64,000 bases of DNA from Eukaryota sp. TZLM1-RC (lineage: Eukaryota > Protista > Metamonada: BaSk clade), in assembly GCA_040285825.1 (NCBI GenBank), contig JAUPSS010000002.1:806001-870000 (forward strand), given 5' to 3'. Shown here piece by piece: positions 10,636-24,950 of the stretch (positions are counted from its first letter, which is position 1; every line of letters begins with the position of its first letter). The notes under the pieces were generated by a model. The model made no database searches. It was not told the DNA's origin and saw only the letters and a program-made list of their open reading frames with translations. A program made the position numbers and the translations under genes.

Positions 10636-11733
10636 TTAACCACTATTTGAAGCACCTCTCCTCCCACGTCCACGACCTCTTTTCTTATAGTACTTTCTCT
10701 TAGAAGATGGTACTTGAAGATCAGTAAGTTTAGATTTGGCGACCTCTTCTGGTTGCTCATCAAGTTCTTCCAAAGATGTTGAAACAGATTCCACAAACTC
10801 AAACTTACCAATTTCAGAGTCGTCATATTCATCGTGGTAAGTGAGGAAGTGTTGTAAATCAAAGCCCTTGTCGGGATCCGTTTCTGTTTGAGCAGAATGG
10901 TTCTTTGGTGGCTCTTCTTCTTGTTCAATATCGACAAAGCAAAGTCTTATTGCCGACAAATCAGATTCTAATTGTTTGAAATATGCTTGAGTTTCCAGAT
11001 CAGGAAGGTTATTGTAACAGAAAAACTTGAATGATTCAATACTAGAAGAAACAATGTTATCAAGAGATTGTTTCCAAAATAATTTGAAATCCTTCTTAAT
11101 GCAGGGAACCACCACTAATAGCAACGAAAGTGATGCAACAGTATCAAACAACAAACATCCCAGGCCATCAATACGTTCTCTAGGAAGTTCTGAAAGGCAA
11201 TGTGTAGTAGCAAAGATTTCGTCAGATACTAGTAATAATTTTGATTTAATAGTTGGTATAAATTGGGAAAAATGGTCATGTGTCAGTAATTTCGTAAAAA
11301 TATGTGAAAAAGAGTCTCCATAGATTCCAATTAAGTCAATCAAATGCCCATATTCCAATTTATTAATAAAAACTTCAGCTCGATCAGTATCACAAGGGCA
11401 ACCAGTAAACCATGGATCCGACTCAGATAGTAACCTATCAAAAAAAGCGAGTAGAGTCTGTGACAATTCAGTCAAGAAGGATGAGAGTTGAGGTGATGGA
11501 AAAGGGCAAACATTTAAATCGGAGGAATTTCTGCTTGAAATAAAAGGAAGAAGGAAGGAGTTGTAACATCTTGGGAGATTTTGTATGTATGATAAGACAG
11601 CAGAAGTTGTTGAAGGCTTGTTTAAGGTGGACCAAAATAAAGCAGGATCACTGAAAGTAAAGCCAGAAAAGGAGTTAGTAATGTGTAGTAACTCTGGAAT
11701 AGTTGAGCTTGTAGAGAGTGGCAAGGTGGACAT
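10636..11733 (-). CDS. ASCC2-like protein (no obvious CUE domain)
   Basis: FW..L...YIQNLPR, LIDLIGIYG and YHDEYDDS resemble ASCC2/Cue3 motifs; basic RG-rich tail; first ATG at 11733. Confidence 0.55.
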   Translation of the reverse strand: MSTLPLSTSSTIPELLHITNSFSGFTFSDPALFWSTLNKPSTTSAVLSYIQNLPRCYNSFLLPFISSRNSSDLNVCPFPSPQLSSFLTELSQTLLAFFDRLLSESDPWFTGCPCDTDRAEVFINKLEYGHLIDLIGIYGDSFSHIFTKLLTHDHFSQFIPTIKSKLLLVSDEIFATTHCLSELPRERIDGLGCLLFDTVASLSLLLVVVPCIKKDFKLFWKQSLDNIVSSSIESFKFFCYNNLPDLETQAYFKQLESDLSAIRLCFVDIEQEEEPPKNHSAQTETDPDKGFDLQHFLTYHDEYDDSEIGKFEFVESVSTSLEELDEQPEEVAKSKLTDLQVPSSKRKYYKKRGRGRGRRGASNSG

Positions 11734-11786
11734 CTGATACAGAGTGGTTTCAAGTATATTCCAGATTTTATCGTTTTTTCTCAAAT

Positions 11787-13520
11787 TCTGATGGGAATTC
11801 CCATAAATACACGATCAATTTTCGTGTGGAATAATTACAAAAACTATCTACTACACAGATAATGAGGCCTTTCATTACCAATCATTCTGGCTTCAGCAAT
11901 TGCAAACATATTCAGACAAGCTTATTTCTATTGAAAAGCTTTGTTGAGCCTTTGTTACTGAATTTACAACTCTGACTATTACAAGCTAATAAACCATGAC
12001 ATGTAGTAACTGAAGTCTTTTCCCTCTTATATAATCTGGGATTTGTTACTCTCAAAAACGTAGCAACCTTTCTAAAACGTACATGACATTTTCCTGACGT
12101 GAAAGTTCTATTAATCATCAACACTTCCAATCCATCTCTTTTCGGAAATTGATTTCATTCTATTCCTCGACTAGGTCTCCGAAGTTTTAAATTTTTAGAG
12201 CCACTTTTACCATAATCAACCATTGTTATGAAAATGTGTTTTGGGTTGACAAACTGTTGAATAAGATTTTGCTTGTGAATAAAAGCTTGCATTTTTTGAA
12301 TGCTCCACCAGACAAGACTGTAAAATTTAATTGTCAAAAAAACTTGCCGACCTTTGGCAACCACAAAATTAGAAAAATCTGTAGAAATTGCTTGCATTTT
12401 CAATTGTCATTTCGTAAGACTCTATCATTTGGTTCCTGTCGTAATCTACCTCATTATTCTTTGTCACCCATCGTTTTTGTGCTTCATTAATCCTACTTTT
12501 CATAGATCAGGACATCTGAGTTAACTTCAACCATTTGAGTTTCTTGTCTTGATTCATCACCCGACTATTTTTTTGCTGTTCAGTTTCATGTTCAGGCACC
12601 ATGGCTAATTTTTAATCCGTTTTTTTACTCCCAAAATACAATAAATCACGTTTTCTCCAGGATCACAAACAACAATTCGTTTGCCTTGAAAAGTATTGAG
12701 ATCAATATCTTCAATATATAAATCAGAAACACTAGCCTTGTTGTCTGGTTTACATTTCTGACCTTTCAAATCCCAACGAACAGATTTCATTGCATTGTTA
12801 AATCCATCTGTGTGGATAATGTTGTTGAATTTGTAAATTCTGTGTTTGAACATTGGTTGGTTTAAATCGAGAATATTAGACCAAAAGTCAAATTGCTCAG
12901 GTGGTTTGAATCTATGAACCTGGGCTTGTATATTGACCATTTTTAATCTCTGTTTAGGTAATAAATTATCAATGTTTGTTTGATAATTTGTCATATTATA
13001 TCCTGTGTCAAATGGAAGATATCTTGGACCTACACTGGTTGATACAAAAATAACGTGATAAGGTTTCCCCTCTCTACTGACAATGAACTGAGCAATCGTA
13101 ATTGCTGGTTTTAAGAATATCTGAGGAACTTTTTTGACAGCATCTGCCAGAAAACGTACATCTGTTGGTTTCCACTGCAGTGACCAAAGGAAAAGCTTTA
13201 TTAAATTACAAATACTAAACTTAAACTATCGCCACGTCATCACACGTGATTTGATGTTATCCAACATCTAACACATCCACTTGAAATATATTATCAACCA
13301 GGCTTTCATCCGTGACTAAATTCTCAATTTGACAAGTAAATGGTGCTATAAGACTATAAAGGGTTTTCCACGTTCATTGTTTCTAATATCATGATGTTGA
13401 CATAAATTTGAAAACTCGCCATCAAGAAAGTCTGAAATAATTTCAGGTGTAAGTTTTAAAGAACTCAAATAATATCTATCGTCAACTAACATCATGTTTT
13501 TGAATTTTCGAAGTCTGTTG
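11787..13520 (-). pseudogene. Fanzor1 copy C (paralog of copy B, inverted)
   Basis: Collinear nucleotide similarity with 8125-9966; IIHTDGF, IVVCDPG, HGLLAC..FNRNK; frameshifted. Confidence 0.9.
13163..13273 (-). mobile_element. Solo LTR (111 bp) inserted in Fanzor C
   Basis: TGTT...AACA termini; 4-bp TSD CATC at 13159-13162 and 13274-13277; AATAAA on minus strand; absent from the aligned position of copy B. Confidence 0.8.
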
Positions 13521-14499
13521 CAATTTTGAAGCAGTTTCTTTCAGTTTCAATAAAACATTTGATTGTTTAACCATCGAGTTGGTGGCAAAAAATGAACTTA
13601 TCTTGTTACAACAAAACAAAAAGTTTCAGACATAATATACAATCATGAAACCCATGTTGAATTAAATTTTTATCTAAGTTGAGCAGTGGCTAAATAATCA
13701 ACAGGTAAAATATTAGTAAATTGTTGATGAAATTATATTTCCTTTTCAAAAATGATTGTCTTCGCAAGCATGCCTAAACTGAGACCCTATTGGATTTTGA
13801 AGAATTTCTTAACATATATCAGTGTAGCTAAAAGAGAAAAGCCAAATTTTCCTGATGACAACTTCTCTCCATCTTGGAGAAAGTTGATTGAATACATCAA
13901 TTATTGAAAATGAGTTACACTTCCCTCAAGCTAATGCTGCTATATACGATGAATCTGAGTTGACCTCAATCAAGGCTTAGGTTTAAAACCACCACGACTT
14001 GGTTCAACCTTTTTAACCATACTGAGCTTTAATGGCTTCTTTTGCAAAATCATTTTTTGTCAATGTTTAACAATGCAATTTCGACACAAATTTAACGGTT
14101 GAATACTTTTTGTTGTTGATGCCGATGTCGTTTTGATACCTGTTGATCTGTTACCATAGCAGCGTACCAACGTACAGATACTCCACAATCATATCCATTA
14201 GTTTGTCGTTATCCGTCATTAAAAGTGACAATTGGTGCCAGGTCACCAAACTGATAAACTATCAATTATGCAGCTTCAACAGTAAATGATTCAGTCAAAG
14301 ACTCTAAATAATAAAAATCTCTCGTATTATTAAAGTTTTCAAAGATTGATACACTTCAAGTTGAGCCACCATTCCCTTGTAGATTGTCATTGGCAGGAAT
14401 TAAACCACTATTATTTTCATATAGATATAAATAATCTGATACCAACTCGTCGTTATTGGAAAAATCCTTAAATAAATAAACAAATAAACAAATAAGTGT

Positions 14500-15495
14500 G
14501 GGTCAGGAACTCAAATACCCTTTTTCACAAAAAACGGAACACATATACCCCTTGCCTCAAAAACAGGTATTCAAATACCCTTTTGGAACAATTAAGATCC
14601 AAGGAGTATATGTATACTCTCGTGCTTCATAATCCTTAGTCCCTTTCTATAAAACGGGAAGTGTGTGAGATCACAAACAAATTTAACATATGATCACTCA
14701 ACACCATCTCCTATACCTTGCTCTTGAAAAACACAATGGAAGTGTGTGAGATCACAAACAAACTTAACATATGATCACTCATCACCATTATCTGTGTGAG
14801 ATCACACTCACAGACAATAGAACTCATTTATTCGTTGTTTTGTACCTACTAGTTCTACATCATAACTACTCATAACATCATATTTATGATTTAAGCGTCT
14901 TCCATTTTGACGGTGATAGCAGCGTTTTCGCTTCGGTAGCTTCCTTCAGGCGGGTTTTGTACATATACATTAACTTACAACAAATATTGTTGATCATTCT
15001 TACGATGGGCAAACCCCGAGCTCCTAACAACCAAGCGTTCAGACTTTCTACTAAGTTGGATGTTAGATGTCCATATTTCAACCCTTTAAGGTGCAGTGAA
15101 AACCAGTGTTGCTGCTTTCCATAGTAACCCTGTGTATCTCGTTCCCGAATTTTTGGCCAAATGTCTCACAAATTACGCGTGATTGGCAGTCGGATAGATT
15201 GTAGCAACTGTACTCGGATTTTTTGAACACATGGACAGCACTGTTATTGGTTGATGCTCTTCGAATAAGTTCTTTGAATACTAGATCTGGAGCGTTTGTA
15301 CCTAACTGTGTAGTGTAACTGATGCCATTGTGTTTTACTTCAATATCGTTGCTGTTATACGAACTCGTAGACATGAATATAGTATAAGTGATTTAGAGTA
15401 TTGATGGAGTGGGGTATACGAATTCCTTTTTATGTGAGGGGTATATGATTTCCATTTTTTGTGAAAAAGGGTCATGGTATATGAGTACTTTTCCC
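14500..15495 (-). mobile_element. Internally deleted MuDR/MULE DNA transposon
   Basis: Imperfect ~85-bp TIRs (GGG...ccctttttcacaaaaaa.ggaa..catatacccct); ORF 14884-15081 YGHLTSNLVESLNAWL..AR.LPI is a MULE transposase motif; internal ~50-bp direct repeats at ~14658 and ~14738. Confidence 0.8.
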
Positions 15496-15685
<190 letters not shown>

Positions 15686-15690
15686 AAAAA

Positions 15691-16070
15691 TGACTAATGG
15701 TCATTTAAACAAGGCTGAAGATCGTAAGAGAGATAAATATACTGAGATATTAAATGATTTAAATAAGAACCTTTATTCGAAGTTTTCGTTTGTTCCTTTT
15801 TCCTTTTCGATTTTTGGCAACATTGGACAATCCGCCTTGAATTTCATCAATGATTTTTGGTAATTTATGTCGTTCAAGTGGTAAGAATTTTGCAGAGAAT
15901 TTATGGAAAAATCGTATCATTTTCGCTTTGTACAGAAGTGTTCCCAAGTACTTGAGTTTAATGATGTCTAAACTTTATAAGGATTCATCAAGAGTTGGCG
16001 TGGAGAATTTAGTTTCTTATGTGTTTTAGTTTGTTTTGTTTTTATTTGATTCTTTAAATAAATAAAATTA
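15691..16070 (+). mobile_element. 3' end of another RLE non-LTR family, between two (TAAA)n arrays
   Basis: Reads KAEDRKRDKY...FVPFSFSIFGNIG..ALNFINDF...WKNRIIFALY, homologous to the C-termini of the other RLE ORFs. Confidence 0.75.
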
Positions 16071-16077
16071 TTTTAAA

Positions 16078-16288
<211 letters not shown>

Positions 16289-16290
16289 AT

Positions 16291-18339
16291 TTATTTTAAC
16301 TGATGATGAACCAATTGCCTCAAATGACAAAGTAAATCAAAATCACAATCAGACATGACGTGACAATCAAAAAGTCTTCCCAAGTCAACAAGTTCCTGAC
16401 TAGTTGCTGGTAAAATGATCAAACAGTTATTAACTAATTGCTGATTGAGCAGTGGAGAGAGATAATTATCCCGAGACAAAGGGCAAGTTATAATTAATTT
16501 ACTCTTTGTTCTTGTTATTGCAACATAAAACAACCTCAACTCTTCCATGAAATTGCTTGAAAAGGGGTTTTCAGAGGGGAAAATTCCTTTACAGAGACCT
16601 GAAATAAAAACAGTTTCAAACCCCAATCCCTTGGAAGAATGAATAGAACTTAAATAAATAGAATTTGGAGGTGGTTCGGGTGAATCAAAAAACAAAAACA
16701 TGGAATCAAAGGAAAAATTGGAAGAAAATTTGACAAAGATGGAAAGAAAATTTCTAAATCGAGAAAAATGAAAAGAAACAGCACCTTTCAAAAACTTTTT
16801 GTAAAAAATACGCAAACATGTAGAAAAATCTGGTTTGGAAGAGCAAATGGAAATAAAGAAATTGCAAAATGAAGAATAAAAACAACTTGCCTTGTTGTTT
16901 GAAAAGTCTCTAAACTTGATCAAGTCAAAAGGATACCAGTTAAAAACCCTCAATAAATCAATGATTTGATTGACCTCCTTTTCAGTCAGAAAAGGAATTC
17001 TTGAAATTAACACCCTCCAATACAGTTCCATTGGTTTAGAACAGTTGTTGGTAATTAAAAAGTGGCAAACTGTCAAGAAAGAGTGCAAATATTGACCAAA
17101 ACTTGAATCTTTAAAAAATATTCCTCCAATTTTTAAATAGTGGATTCCTATATTAAATAGGCAAAATTCCAGCAGAAACGAGTCGATTGAAGACCTGAAG
17201 AGAATAGCCACATCACCATATTTGACTTTACCAGAATCAATCAAATTTTTGACCTTTTGACCAATAAATTGAGCTTCTTTTAATTGACTATTGAAAATAA
17301 CAATTCTAGGTTTTGAATCATTGTTAGTTGAATTACCCTCAAGTAGTAGCTTAGAGCCAAGTCTATTCAAAACAGAATTTGCCAATTCAATAATGCCAAC
17401 CTTGGACCTATAATTTAAACTTAAACAAATTTCCTCACAATCTGGGAAAATCGTGCGAAAATGATACTTATTGGAAAAATTTGAACCAGCAAAAGACATT
17501 ATTGACTGGTACCAGTCACTTTGATTAGAATTTGATTGACTGATTGATTAAACAAACCCAACAACGGTCAGAGACTCGGAATTTCTAGTCAGTAAAGACA
17601 AAATTTTTAATTGAAGAAAAGAAGAATCATTGAGTTCATCAGCAAGAATGTGATCATAGGTCAAAAAACCTGGTGATGACGTGGCATTGTCTTGACTTTC
17701 AAGCACTCTGAGCCAGCATAGCAGAAGATCAGAGTAATCCATAACTTCATCAATTGATTTAAGATGATTAAAGTGAAAATAAACTTTGGTGAGGAAATCA
17801 ATCAATTGACAGTCAGAAAGACCAAGACTCGACCAGAAATCTATTGACTTTCTTGATTTTTCATGAAGAAGGACATCTTCGGCACAGGCTACAGCGTAAA
17901 GTCTATCTAACTGTAGCTTGTTCAATTTCTTAACTTTGTCTTCATCCAACACGTTGCCCTCTTCTACGTCTCCCAGAACATGCCGATAGCTCTCAGTAAG
18001 CATTTCAGAGGTGCTTTCACTGTCGAGAATAGTGCACTTGTTGTGGGGGAAGAAATGACGAAGGAAAGAGAGGGCTGCAGCATGATAGGTGTTGATCACA
18101 ATGTTCACAATAGGGAGATTTTGCTTAGTGAACAATGATGATATTCTAGATTGCAGTTCCGATGAGGCAGTTTTAGTGTAGGTAAGTACAAGAACAGATG
18201 AAGTAGGACATTCTTCTACGATGGTTGCAAGACGACGTACAAGAGTTTCTGTCTTTCCTGTTCCTGCCAAGGAGTTAATGAAAAGGCATCGACTACGGGA
18301 TATTACACATGACTGTTGTTCATGATTGAGGGGATGCAT
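16291..18339 (-). CDS. UvrD/PcrA/Srs2-like SF1 DNA helicase; exons 18339-17558 and 17518-16291
   Basis: Q motif LNHEQQ, Walker A AGTGKT, LTYT, ADELND, VVGDWYQSI (spliced), LNYRS, AILFR, SIHSSKGLGF, EELRLFYVAITR. Confidence 0.88.
17519..17557 (-). other. 39-nt spliceosomal intron
   Basis: GTTTGT...TTCTAATCAAAG; contains an in-frame stop; removal restores helicase motif III VVG-D-x-x-QSI. Confidence 0.85.
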
Positions 18340-19207
18340 AAACTCATTGAAAAAACCAAAGTTTATTTGTTTTGTACAATTTCGGTTTATTTCAATCAAA
18401 TAAAACAGTCATACAAAACTTACAACTCTATATCTTCATATCAAAAATCAGCCAAAAAGAATTGAGCAGAAGCTTTTCCCTCATAGAACCGTCCAAGAGC
18501 TAACAAAGCAGAAGATAGTAAGGGCGCATCACCTCTGAAAAAATTGAATAACAATTCTGTTCTGCAAAAAGAACTTTATCAAAAACTGTTCATGCACACT
18601 GTTTTACAAATTCAACATTATCATCCAAAAATGTCTTGACAATAGTTCCAAGGGAATCATTCAAGGATAAAGCAATCAAACAAAGGACATAATGAGGGTG
18701 AGATTCAACATTCAACTTTGCTCTATTTCATCAATTTTAGATTTCTTAGCAACAGATGTTGGTCTTACTGCACGTTCCATCGTAAACAATTAATAAAATA
18801 AAACGTTTATGAACGTTCCTAACAAAGAATCAAAGATTTAGTGAAATTTTTGATACTTATCTGTGTGTATGTTTTACTTCATTATTATTGAAGAAAAGTG
18901 ATTATTTTATGTTGACTTTAGCATTAATGTGGAAATATCAAACAAAAACGACGAAAGTGGAGTGACGTACTGGGCCAGGTGATGTCCTGGTGACGTCAAT
19001 GTCATGTCACTATGGTGGTGAAATCGCCTGCATCTCCAGTGAATAGTGTCTCTTCATCTGTAAGAAGTTTCATATATCAGTTTTTGTGAATATCAAATAG
19101 CATCGACCGAATACACCCAAATTACCGAAAATGGACGTTTTAGCTTTGTTCTATGAATTAACCAATAGTAAACTTCGAGCTGAAGCCTGCTAAAACGCTG
19201 AAAATAC

Positions 19208-22200
19208 AAGACTAAACTTTACTTGACAAAATAAAAACTTTAAAAACATAATTTATACCGCAAAAAGCTAATTAAACTGTAGATCATCAGTCTCAGACAA
19301 ATCAGAAACTACAGAAGCCGCTCTTTTTCTAGGAGCACTGTCAAGAGAACAAGCCAAAGGCTTTAAGCCCCACATTTCAGCATACTCTGTAACAGAACGA
19401 TCAGAGGAAAAGAATCCTGCTCTGGCTGTATTCAGAATAGAAGACTTTACCCAATCATCCTTACGATGCCATTTTGCGTCTACTTGAGCTTGAGCTTCAC
19501 AGTAAGCAGCAAAGTCCTGGCATACAAGGTAATGATCGTTACTGCCGCGAATACTATCTACAAGAGGTTGGAAATCATTTCCAAATCTACCTGAACAAAC
19601 TTCATTCAATACTCTAGCTAGTCGGGAATCAAGAGCAGGAGCAGTTCCTTCGCAAACTCTTTTTCTCATGTTGGCAATCTCGTGAGTTCGAAGACCGAAT
19701 ATAAACATATTTTCTTGACCAGCTTTATCAGCAATTTCAATGTTAGCTCCATCCATTGTTCCAATGACGAGAGCTCCATTGAGAGAAGCCTTCATATTTC
19801 CAGTACCTGAAGCTTCTGTTGATGCAGTACTAATTTGTTCAGAAAGATCAGTGGCTGGCATAATTACTTCAGCAAGAGACACTCCATAAGAGGGAATGAA
19901 GGCAACCTTGAGTAAATCACCAACATCAGGATCATTATTGACAATATTGGCCACTCCAGTAATCAATTTAATAATACGTTTGGCTTGAACATAGGCAGCA
20001 GCTGCCTTACCAGAAAACACCACCACTCTAGGAACCATGACATTTCTGGCAGAGGCAGGATCGTCCTTAATGATCAAATACCGGTGAATGACATAGAGAA
20101 TATTCATAAATTGGCGCTTGTATTCGTGAATTCTTTTAACTTGTACATCAAAAAGAGCTTCAGAATTAACAGAAATTCCACAGGTATTTCTAATCAACTT
20201 GACTAATTTTCTCTTTGCCACTTGACGGCAATTAATCCACTGCTTCCTAAACTTGGCGTCATCAGCTAATGGTTCTAATTTCTTAAGCAAGATGGGTTTA
20301 TTCAAGAAATCCTCAGAACCAACAACTTGAGTAATCAACTCAGTTAAAGCAGGATTACAAACTTTTAACCACCTTCTAAAGGTAACTCCATTGGTGATAC
20401 CAACAAACTTGGATTCTCCCATATACTCAACAAACTGAGAGAAAATTGATTCCTTCATTAATTGCGCATGAACCTGGGCAACACCATTTACCTTAACCGA
20501 AGTCACAACAGCTAAATGGGCCATACGGACATAACGTTCACCACTTTCATCAATGATAGAAAGATTAGCCAAAAGACGATCAGTATCAGTCTGAGACAAG
20601 TTCTTTTGAATGCAGAAAGCACGGACTTGTTCTAAATGTTCATGGTTAATTAGATAAATAATTTGTAAATGTCTAGGTAGTAAATATTCAAAGAAATGAA
20701 CAGGCCATTTCTCCAAAGCTTCACTCATTAAAGTATGGTTAGTATAAAAGAAGAATTCTTTTGTGATTTCCCAAGCTTCTGGCCAATCTAACCCCTTGAC
20801 ATCAACCAATTGCCTCATTAGTTCAGGAATAGCAAGAACTGGGTGGGTATCGTTTAATTGAACGCAGTGGAACTTTGGAAGTTCAGAGAGGGGTCTGTGG
20901 AGAGTGGAGAAACGATTCAAAATATCACTTATTGATGCACAAGTAAAGAAATACTGTTGCTTTAATCGTAACTGACGTCCCTGAATGGTAGAATCATCAG
21001 GGTAGAGTACAGAAGTTAGATTCTCAGCTTCCATTTGTTGACGGACTGAAGCAAAGTAATCACCGTGCTTAAAAAGCCTGGAGATCAAACCCCGTGGGAG
21101 CCCTGGCGGCCCATAACCGAAGATTAAGAACATTATCAGTCTTGAACCCAGGAACAAAGGCATCATAAGCAACTGCTCTGACACAAGTAGCTCCTTGCCA
21201 ATCATAAACAGTTTTACCGTTTTCTTCTCTTTTAATTACTTGACCACCAAAATGAACAGGGTATTGAACATCAATTCTTTCCTGAAGATCATCTCCATAA
21301 TTAAGCCAATATTCTGGTACTTCTACCTGCTCACCATTCTCGATAAGTTGTTTAAACATACCATAACTATAGCGGAGTCCATATCCCCAGCAAGGGTGGT
21401 TGGTAGTAGCTAACGAGTCAATGAAACAGGCAGCTAAGCGACCAAGACCTCCATTACCAAGTCCGGCATCATGTTCATTCTCAACAACATGTTCGAGGGA
21501 AACTCCGAGGTTTTCCAAAACTTCAGCATACTTGTCTTTGAGTTCAAGGTTGACGAGGGAGTTGGTGAGGGCACGTCCCATGAGCCATTCAAGAGAGAGG
21601 TAGTTGGCAAATTTGGAATTTGCACGTATGAAATGTTCTTGGGTTGCATTCCATCTGTCTACAAGACGGTCACGGACGGAAAAGGCAGTAGACATGAACG
21701 CAGAGAAGTTATCAACAGAGGAAAGAGTACGGCCACAGTAGTATTTGAGAGCATCAACTATGTCTTGTCTAATGGTGTCGCTGCCAGAATCTTTGACACC
21801 GGAGAGAGAGTCGTGGAGGAGAGGGGTCGCTTGAACGAAAGAAGAGCTCTCATTGGTTTTGACGCTCGAATCTCCACCTATTATGATGGGGAAAGAAGGA
21901 GGAGAAGGAGAGGGAAATACAGCGTTGGATGCTGGATATCTAGGGGGAACATTCACTGCTATTAGTGTGGGAGCTAGGCATACTGTTGAAAGTCGTAGAG
22001 AAGAATGATGAAGAAAATATCGTTTTTCTTCAAGATTCTGATAGAGATTTGTCGTCAATATTGTTTTCAGCTGAGTGGTATTAAACTACAATCATTCGTT
22101 CTTTTCTAGATTCAAAGGAAAGAGATGTGTTACCTTCTTGGCTGACAATTTGTTTATATTATCACTAGGAAAGGGTGCAACTGTTTGCGTGGTCTCCAAA

Positions 22201-22715
22201 ACGTTCAACACAATATTCCTTGTACGCTTTTGTGATGGACATAAAGCTCAATGTTGTAACTAAAATCTCAAACATTACTTTTGTTTTGGATAATGCCTTT
22301 TTGTCTTTTAATCAACAGCACATCTTTAGCTTTTTCAACGCTTTTCACGGTTGAGAACACAGACATTGCAGTTACTCAATCTAGTTTTGGCAGTATGGGT
22401 GAAATAAAGTAAAGAATTAAGTTTACAATGGATTTAATAGATATATTGTGAATGCAAATAGTTTAAAGTTGTAAGCTATTCCTGATCGATAAAGTAAGTT
22501 TCTTGGCTTTATTCACAAAATGTTTGACAGCTTTGATGTTTATTCAAATAACACATGGCACCCTGACAAATCAAATTTGGCAACAGTGTCACGTTCTGAA
22601 AATGGTTAGTTGCAAAGTGTCATTTTTTGGGTGAGTTGGATTGTGTCATCGCCAATCAACCATTGAGAACTACACGCTGTTTCACAATTGACAATAGCAT
22701 AGATTTAATAAAGAT
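19208..22715 (-). repeat. ~3.5 kb inverted segmental duplication, copy 1 (pairs with 42089-45598)
   Basis: Reverse-complement near-identity including the glycogen phosphorylase CDS and ~730 nt upstream. Confidence 0.95.
19268..21981 (-). CDS. Glycogen/starch phosphorylase (GT35), copy 1; apparent +1 homopolymer frameshifts near 21970 and 21070
   Basis: [44 protein letters not shown]-site EASGTGNMK. Confidence 0.93.
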
Positions 22716-23100
22716 TGATCAATTTCCTGACTATATTCTCCCATATTCTGGATGTTTAAACTCTTTGTTTTCAAACAACATTAAATAACCTTTGCTATAA
22801 ATTTTGAAAACGGTGAAATTACTGTGAACAATGGCTACAATGGCGATATTTTAATATGATAACAATGAATTGGATTTGGACCGAATACCATTCTCAATCA
22901 GTAGTTGCTTAAACATATGATGGAGACCAAGCCAAAATTTCACCAATTTGAGGGGAAAACAGCATGAGACAATCAAAAAAAGGGTCTGTTTCCATAACTT
23001 TTCCGTTTGCAATGAGAGCGAATATTGTAGAACTTTATTAGAAAGATCTCGAAAGAAATTCAGGACAAAAAGGTTAAACAAAAACAAGAAATCTTGAAGA

Positions 23101-24921
<1,821 letters not shown>

Positions 24922-24950
24922 CTATAACAATGGAATAAATGTCCTTTTCT

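Noticed and set aside
13560-14460. Coding-like relics, possibly viral or TE
   Set aside because: No recognisable motif and many stops.
14658-14810. Spaced direct repeats resembling a mini CRISPR array
   Set aside because: Only two full copies and one partial ~50-bp copy inside a MULE in a eukaryotic context; no cas genes.
18430-18780. Small minus-strand gene (MERAVRPTSVAKK...)
   Set aside because: Multiple stops and frameshifts; unidentifiable pseudogene fragment.
21060-21080. Programmed frameshifting or pseudogenisation of glycogen phosphorylase
   Set aside because: All four shifts are +1 in homopolymers and differ between the two copies; sequencing error is more parsimonious.
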